NCBI GenBank assembly: GCA_963761305.1
Contig: CAVXGK010000001.1
Span: forward strand, 640,001-704,000
Source of the DNA: an uncultured Gemmatimonadaceae bacterium
GTDB taxonomy: Bacteria > Gemmatimonadota > Gemmatimonadetes > Gemmatimonadales > Gemmatimonadaceae
Reading direction: 5' to 3'
DNA: 64,000 bases
Part shown: positions 58,843 to 64,000 of the stretch, piece by piece
How the letters are laid out: each line of letters opens with the position of its first letter
Position numbering within the stretch: position 1 is the stretch's first letter
The notes under the pieces: generated by a model
Seen by the model: the letters and a program-made list of their open reading frames with translations, nothing else
The model's database searches: none
Told to the model about the DNA's origin: nothing
Position numbers and translations under genes: made by a program

Positions 58843-61254
58843 ATGACTCGCCGCCTTTCCGATAATTCCATGTCCGACGAAGCCGCCCCACTGCAACTCG
58901 TTCACTCGCCGGAATCGACCGCGATCGAGCTGTCGGATCACGCGCCGTCGCTGTCGGCTTTGCCAAGTCAGCCGTTTGAACGCGCGCGCGGCGCGCTCCG
59001 GCGATACAAGTGGCTGATGTTGGTGGTGGTCGTGTTGGCGGTTGGAGGCGGCTTTGCCGCGACGCGGTTCGTGAAGCCGCTGTACGACGTCAGCGCGACA
59101 ATCTTGATTCAGTCCGAGACGCCGATGTCGAGGAACGGCGGCGCGTTCAAGGCCGAAGAGCTTTTGAGCTCCGGCGCGTGGGTCGATCTCCTCAAGAGCC
59201 CGCGGGTCGCCGACGCCGTGGTGAAGAACCTGGGACTCTATGTCCGACCCGACAACCCAGGCGATTCGACGGCGATGCGCGGATTCGCCATCGCCGAGCG
59301 TTTTGCCAAGGGCCGGTACCAATTGGCTATCGATCGCGATCGGAAGACGTGGCGGCTTCAGCTGGCCTCAGGCAATGCCGTCGACAGCGGCACGGTCAGC
59401 GACTCGGTCGGAAGGGCTCTCGGCTTCAAGTGGCTCCTTCCCGCCGTCCTGTTCGACGGATCCGGCACGAAGAAGGTGCCGTTCACGGTATCGACGCCGC
59501 GCGAGACGGCGCTGGACTACATTGGCCGCCTCAGCGCGACGCTGCCCGACCGCGGCACGTTCATGACGCTTACGATGCGCGACGACGATCCGCAGTTGAG
59601 CGCGCGGACGATGAACGCATGGATGCATGAATACGTCGACGTCGCGGAGCAGCTCAAAAAGCAGAACGTCGTCGAGTACTCGGCGATCCTGTCCGGACAG
59701 TTGGCGACCGCCGAGAAGAGCCTGCACGACGCCGAGAACGCGCTCGAAGCGTTTCGGGTCCAGACGATCACCATCACGCCCCCCGCCGGGGCCCTCCAGC
59801 CCGGTGTCGCCGAGACGACCGACCCGGCAATCAAGAACTACTTCACACGGAAATTCGAGTACGACGATCTCAAACACGACCGCGAGGCGCTCGAGAGGAT
59901 TCTCTCGAATCCGTCGGACAGCGTGTCCGTCGAGGCGGCGCTGCTGATTCCAAGCGTGAGCCAGAGCCCGAGTGCCGGGGCGCTTCGCGACGCGTTCAAT
60001 GATCTGAACAAATCTCAGGCGGCACTCGCGACGGCACGGCAGGCCTACACGGACGAATACGCCACCGTCAAGGATCTCAAGGCCAACATCGAACAGATTC
60101 AGACGCAAACAATTCCGCGTCTGGCGCAGGCGCTGTTGACCCAGCTCAGGGACCGCGAAGGGCAGTTCCAGCAGCGCATCAGCGGCGAATCGCAAGAGCT
60201 GCAGAAAATCCCGGAGCGCACGATCGAGGAAATGCGGCTCAGCCGCCAGGTGGCTGTCCAGGAACAGGTATACAACACGGTCAAGACGACGTACACGCAA
60301 GCGCAAATGTCCGAGGCGAGCACGACACCCGACGTCCGGATTCTGGACACGGCCATCGCCCCGTTGTATCCGTCGAAGAACACGAAGCCGCGCCTGATGG
60401 CGATGGCGCTGCTGGCCGGCATTGGCGGTGCGATCGCCCTCGCGCTCTTGCTCGACACCTTCGATCGCCGCATTCGCTATCCGGAACAGGTGACGAATGA
60501 GCTCGGGCTCAACATCGCCGCGGCGATTCCGAAGTTCCCGCGGGGAACGGTGAACACGCGCTCGCCGGAGCAGATCGCACATCTCGTCGAGGCTTTCCGC
60601 TCGCTCCGAATGCACGTCCGGCACGCCGGCCTCACTCCTATCACACTCGCCATCTCCAGCCCCCAACCTGGCGACGGGAAATCGTTCGTGTCGGCGAACC
60701 TCGCGATGTCGTTCGCGGACGCCGGCTACCGGACGATTCTCGTCGACGGCGATACGCGGCGAGGCATGGCGCACGAAGTATTCGGCTTGTCGATGGACAA
60801 CGGACTCACTGACTACCTGTCAGGGTCGGCCGACGTCTCGCAGATCATCAGGCCGACCGCGCACGAACGTCTCGCCTTCGCACCGTGCGGCCGGCGGCGA
60901 CCCAACAGCCCGGAACTGCTCACCTCGTCGGCGCTACCGAGGCTCGTGGCCGAGCTTCGAAATCGGTACGACGTCGTGTTGTTCGACACGCCGCCGCTGA
61001 ACGCAGGCATCGATGCCTACGCCATCAGCTCGGCCGTCGCCAACATGGTTGTGGTCCTTCGTGCAGGCAAAACCGAACGGCGCCTCGCCGCCGCGAAACT
61101 CTTGCTGGCTGACCGGCTGCCGATCAACATCCTCGGCGCGGTACTCAACGCGGTGCAGCTCGACGGCGAATTCCAGTACTATGGCTACGCGTCCGGTTAC
61201 GACTACACGGATGATGAATCGACGTCGGATTCCACGTCACTCCAAAAAACATGA
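58843..61254 (+). CDS. wzc: Polysaccharide co-polymerase / tyrosine autokinase
   Basis: Two TM segments with coiled coil; EAFRSLR; Walker A PGDGKS; VDGD; FDTPP; Tyr cluster QYYGYASGYDY. Confidence 0.92.
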   Translation: MTRRLSDNSMSDEAAPLQLVHSPESTAIELSDHAPSLSALPSQPFERARGALRRYKWLMLVVVVLAVGGGFAATRFVKPLYDVSATILIQSETPMSRNGGAFKAEELLSSGAWVDLLKSPRVADAVVKNLGLYVRPDNPGDSTAMRGFAIAERFAKGRYQLAIDRDRKTWRLQLASGNAVDSGTVSDSVGRALGFKWLLPAVLFDGSGTKKVPFTVSTPRETALDYIGRLSATLPDRGTFMTLTMRDDDPQLSARTMNAWMHEYVDVAEQLKKQNVVEYSAILSGQLATAEKSLHDAENALEAFRVQTITITPPAGALQPGVAETTDPAIKNYFTRKFEYDDLKHDREALERILSNPSDSVSVEAALLIPSVSQSPSAGALRDAFNDLNKSQAALATARQAYTDEYATVKDLKANIEQIQTQTIPRLAQALLTQLRDREGQFQQRISGESQELQKIPERTIEEMRLSRQVAVQEQVYNTVKTTYTQAQMSEASTTPDVRILDTAIAPLYPSKNTKPRLMAMALLAGIGGAIALALLLDTFDRRIRYPEQVTNELGLNIAAAIPKFPRGTVNTRSPEQIAHLVEAFRSLRMHVRHAGLTPITLAISSPQPGDGKSFVSANLAMSFADAGYRTILVDGDTRRGMAHEVFGLSMDNGLTDYLSGSADVSQIIRPTAHERLAFAPCGRRRPNSPELLTSSALPRLVAELRNRYDVVLFDTPPLNAGIDAYAISSAVANMVVVLRAGKTERRLAAAKLLLADRLPINILGAVLNAVQLDGEFQYYGYASGYDYTDDESTSDSTSLQKT

Positions 61255-61363
61255 CGAGCGCCGCGGGCGAAACGAGCTCGTTGGCCCACGTTGTGAATCA
61301 GATGCAGGACCCTGGTGGTCCTGCATTTTTTTGTGGCTTGGCAGGCGAACTTGCGTACGCTTT

Positions 61364-61401
61364 TGTTGCAGCAAAACAAAACCTGTGGGACGGTCGCAAC
61401 A
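61364..61401. promoter_or_regulatory. Tandem candidate enhancer sites upstream of the priming glycosyltransferase
   Basis: TGTTGCAGCAAAACAAAA (61364-61381) and TGTGGGACGGTCGCAACA (61384-61401). A degenerate -24/-12 element GAGCACGCAGGGTGCA lies at 61497-61512. Confidence 0.5.
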
Positions 61402-61601
61402 CGTTCCGTCACTCGACGAAGCATGGTAGGCGCGTCTGTTTTAGCTAAACTACTATGCGTTATTGACTTACGATTGTTGACGCCGTGACGACGCGCGAGC
61501 ACGCAGGGTGCATGAGGTTCCTGGACCGTTGCCCTTGACGAAGGAGTCGGGGGGGTTTGACTTCTTGTTCTCAGACGATCGTCTGGAGGGATTTTCCCCC
61601 C

Positions 61602-62432
61602 ATGCAGGGTTTGCAGGCAACCTTTTCTCGTCCTTTGGGTGTGCGACCTGCTGCTCCGGCCGACGCCGCGCACGGGCGCACGAGTTCGATGCGCCCAGCT
61701 CTCGTCCTCGATAGGGAGCGCACTATTACGTCGACAGCGTACGCCGACGTCGGTTTCGCTCTTGGATCGCAAGGCGAGGTCGCTCCTCGCGAACGCGACG
61801 AGGTCATGTCGCGCGCTCTGAACGTGGTGATCGCGGGACTCGCGCTCATCGTCTTGGCTCCGTTGATCGGGCTCATCGCGTTGGCGGTCAGGCTGACGTC
61901 GCGCGGTCCCGTGCTCTACTCCCAGATCCGAGTCGGCGTGGACCGCCGATGGCGCTTCGCGCGGAATTGTGACCGGCGTCTCTATGACTACGGCGGCCGC
62001 TTGTTCACGATGTACAAGTTCCGCACGATGCAGGTCAATGCCGAGCCCGACGGCCGCGCGGTGTGGGCGTCCAAGCTGGATCCGCGTGTGACGCTCATCG
62101 GGCGTTTCCTGCGCGGCACGCGTCTCGACGAGCTGCCGCAGCTGTGGAACGTCCTTCGCGGCGACATGAATATCGTAGGCCCGCGGCCGGAGCGCCCGAC
62201 GATCTTCGCCGAGCTCCGTCGCCACATTCCTGAGTACCAGCAGCGCCAGCGCGTCAAACCGGGCATCACCGGGTGGGCGCAGGTCAACCAGTCGTACGAC
62301 GCGTGCCTCGACGACGTGCGGCAGAAGGTGCAGCTCGACCTCGAGTACGTGCGCCGGCAGGGCATCATGGAAGACCTTCGCATCATGTCGATGACGGTCC
62401 CCGTTATTCTCTTCCGAAAGGGCGGTTGGTAG
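61602..62432 (+). CDS. Priming sugar (polyprenyl-phosphate hexose-1-P) transferase
   Basis: Motifs KFRTM, DPRVT, LDELPQLWNVLRGDMNIVGPRPE and KPGITGWAQV. Start uncertain. Confidence 0.92.
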   Translation: MQGLQATFSRPLGVRPAAPADAAHGRTSSMRPALVLDRERTITSTAYADVGFALGSQGEVAPRERDEVMSRALNVVIAGLALIVLAPLIGLIALAVRLTSRGPVLYSQIRVGVDRRWRFARNCDRRLYDYGGRLFTMYKFRTMQVNAEPDGRAVWASKLDPRVTLIGRFLRGTRLDELPQLWNVLRGDMNIVGPRPERPTIFAELRRHIPEYQQRQRVKPGITGWAQVNQSYDACLDDVRQKVQLDLEYVRRQGIMEDLRIMSMTVPVILFRKGGW

Positions 62433-62456
62433 GTAGCCAGCTTAGTGGGGGAAGCA

Positions 62457-62490
62457 CAAACGGCCGGCCTCGAACGAGGCCGGCCGTTTG
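62457..62490. terminator. Bidirectional terminator hairpin
   Basis: Perfect inverted repeat CAAACGGCCGGCCTCG/CGAGGCCGGCCGTTTG between convergent genes. Confidence 0.85.
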
Positions 62491-62501
62491 TTTACCGGAC
62501 G

Positions 62502-63107
62502 TCAGCCGGTCGCTCGGCGCGGGCGAACGCGTACAATCAGGGCGTCGACGCCAGACGAGACGCGATCGTAGATCGCCGCTATCGCGTCAGCATCGAGCGT
62601 GTACGGGTCGGGAATCGACGGTCCGAGCGGCTGCCGCTTCTCGACGCCACCGAGCAGAATCGTTTTACGAGCCGACCGCGGAAACCGTGCGACGACCTCA
62701 GCTTCGTTTCGGTAATCCATGACGCAGATCAGATCGGCCCGATTGACCATCAATCGGCTGATCATCTGAGATCTGTGGGTCGCGAGCGAGATGCCGAGCC
62801 GAGTACCGGCGGCGACGGCACGGGGATCGGCAGCGCGTCCATTGGTCGTCCAGGTGCCCGCTGACGCGACTGCGAACTCTGGGCTCGCCGATCCCAGACG
62901 CGCGCGAAAGAGCTCGGCCGCCACGGGGCTGCGCATGACATTCCCGTGACAGATGAACAGAAACGAACGCGGCGACCGACCTAGCTTGCTCCGGTCGGAA
63001 CGAAGCCCGAGCCAGCGCGCGACTCGCAGGCGCACGTACGTGAGCAGCATGACCGGCGGCATCCCCTCGCAATCCCTGATCGCGCCGACGATGAAGTTCG
63101 GCAGCAC
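62502..63107 (-). CDS. Low-molecular-weight protein tyrosine phosphatase (Wzb-like)
   Basis: P-loop CHGNVMRS; SAG, ADLICVMD and IPDPY motifs. Start uncertain. Confidence 0.85.
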   Translation of the reverse strand: MLPNFIVGAIRDCEGMPPVMLLTYVRLRVARWLGLRSDRSKLGRSPRSFLFICHGNVMRSPVAAELFRARLGSASPEFAVASAGTWTTNGRAADPRAVAAGTRLGISLATHRSQMISRLMVNRADLICVMDYRNEAEVVARFPRSARKTILLGGVEKRQPLGPSIPDPYTLDADAIAAIYDRVSSGVDALIVRVRPRRATG

Positions 63108-63207
63108 GCGTTTGAGGCGAGCGCGGAGGTCTGAGCGATTCGACTGAATCGAGGTGGTCGGAGGGGGGACTGCGACGGTGTTGGCGACTCCGGGATGGTA
63201 TTCTCCG

Positions 63208-64000
63208 TCAAACGGTAGGGGCGACGACCTCTCGTCGCGTCGGCTCCCAGATCTTGTCTTCGCGAGCGCGCAGGAGTCGAGCGACGGCGTGAACGACGGC
63301 AACGTTAGCTGCGATTCCGAAGGCTATCACGCTGATCGGTCGAGGCATCGGCCTTGCTTCCGGCCAGAGCGCGCCCACCGCGGCGACGATCCCCACGAGC
63401 AACGCGCCGGCGGCGAGCCAAGCGGCCCACGCGTGCGTGGGTGCGAGAGTCAACAACGCGAAAAACGCCGGAATCCCACAGACCGGGACGAGCCAGCGGC
63501 ACACCTTGTGACTGATCAGCTTCCAGGCGAACGAACCGTAGCGCATCGGGTCCATCATGAAGCGCACGCGGTACAACGTCTCCATGCCCCGCGAAATCGT
63601 CCGGACTTTTCGAACGTACTCGCGGCGGAGCGAGGGCGTTCGAGGAACGTAGGCGATGGCGTCGTACACCGAGACGGACCTGAAGCCGTGCTCGCGCGCG
63701 GTCAACGGCGCAGAGAAGTCGCGACTGAGGTCCGCCGGAATGGGGAGTCTGTGAAGCTCGCTTCGAATCGCATAGCAGCAGCCCGATGCGCCGACGATTC
63801 CGCCGGCCCGCGTCTCGAGATCGCGCAACCGCATCTCGTAGCCGACATACCCGGCCTCCACGGAGTTGGCGGAGGCGTGGGCCACGGCGGTGCTGACGTC
63901 GCGCCCCGAGGCGACGCCCACGCCGGGATCCTCGAGGCTCGCCACAAGCTGTCGGACCGCGCTTCGGTGCAGCCGAGTCGATGCGTCCGAATTGACGACG
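63208..64000 (-). CDS. Family 2 glycosyltransferase (5' part outside the window)
   Basis: NSDAS, GASGCCYAIR, DF, RKVR and SHKVCRW motifs with C-terminal TM segments; the frame is open to the window edge. Confidence 0.85.
   Translation of the reverse strand, partial: VVNSDASTRLHRSAVRQLVASLEDPGVGVASGRDVSTAVAHASANSVEAGYVGYEMRLRDLETRAGGIVGASGCCYAIRSELHRLPIPADLSRDFSAPLTAREHGFRSVSVYDAIAYVPRTPSLRREYVRKVRTISRGMETLYRVRFMMDPMRYGSFAWKLISHKVCRWLVPVCGIPAFFALLTLAPTHAWAAWLAAGALLVGIVAAVGALWPEARPMPRPISVIAFGIAANVAVVHAVARLLRAREDKIWEPTRREVVAPTV

Noticed and set aside
1..64000. Many long alternative-frame and antisense ORFs (e.g. 15301-18063+, 36226-38205+, 46407-48320+, 55678-57621+)
   Set aside because: They are Arg/Ala/Pro-rich shadow ORFs overlapping well-supported genes, as expected in high-GC DNA.

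Overview
This is a high-GC, gene-dense bacterial chromosomal window. The gene repertoire (Oar-type and SusC-type TonB-linked barrels, an Ig+RCC1 lipoprotein, many secreted peptidases, a PEP-CTERM protein) suggests a soil Gemmatimonadota-like organism; that taxonomy is an inference. I can support about 47 CDS. These include transporters, peptidases and hydrolases, glnS, a multicopper oxidase, a sigma54 two-component module and the start of a Wza/Wzc/priming-GT/LMW-PTP/GT2 exopolysaccharide locus. I found no rRNA, tRNA, CRISPR array or transposase. The main finding is a dispersed candidate sigma54 regulon read by eye from the intergenic DNA. An 18-bp TGT-N12-ACA-type motif (TGTTGC-N6-[GCAACA/NCCACA]) sits 92-97 bp upstream of a -24/-12 element in front of five transcription units: STAS, PEP-CTERM, a degenerate REC-GGDEF gene, wza-wzc and the priming sugar transferase. 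It also sits next to the start of the window's own sigma54 activator. Other unusual items are an ECF-sigma-region-2-like/FecR fusion, a multicopper oxidase with reversed Cu-motif order, a TonB-type barrel with a C-terminal LTxxQ-like helical extension, a lone classical C2H2 zinc-finger microprotein, a ~220-bp nested palindrome and a 21-bp-period degenerate repeat tract. All functional calls come from motif recognition; no database searches were run.
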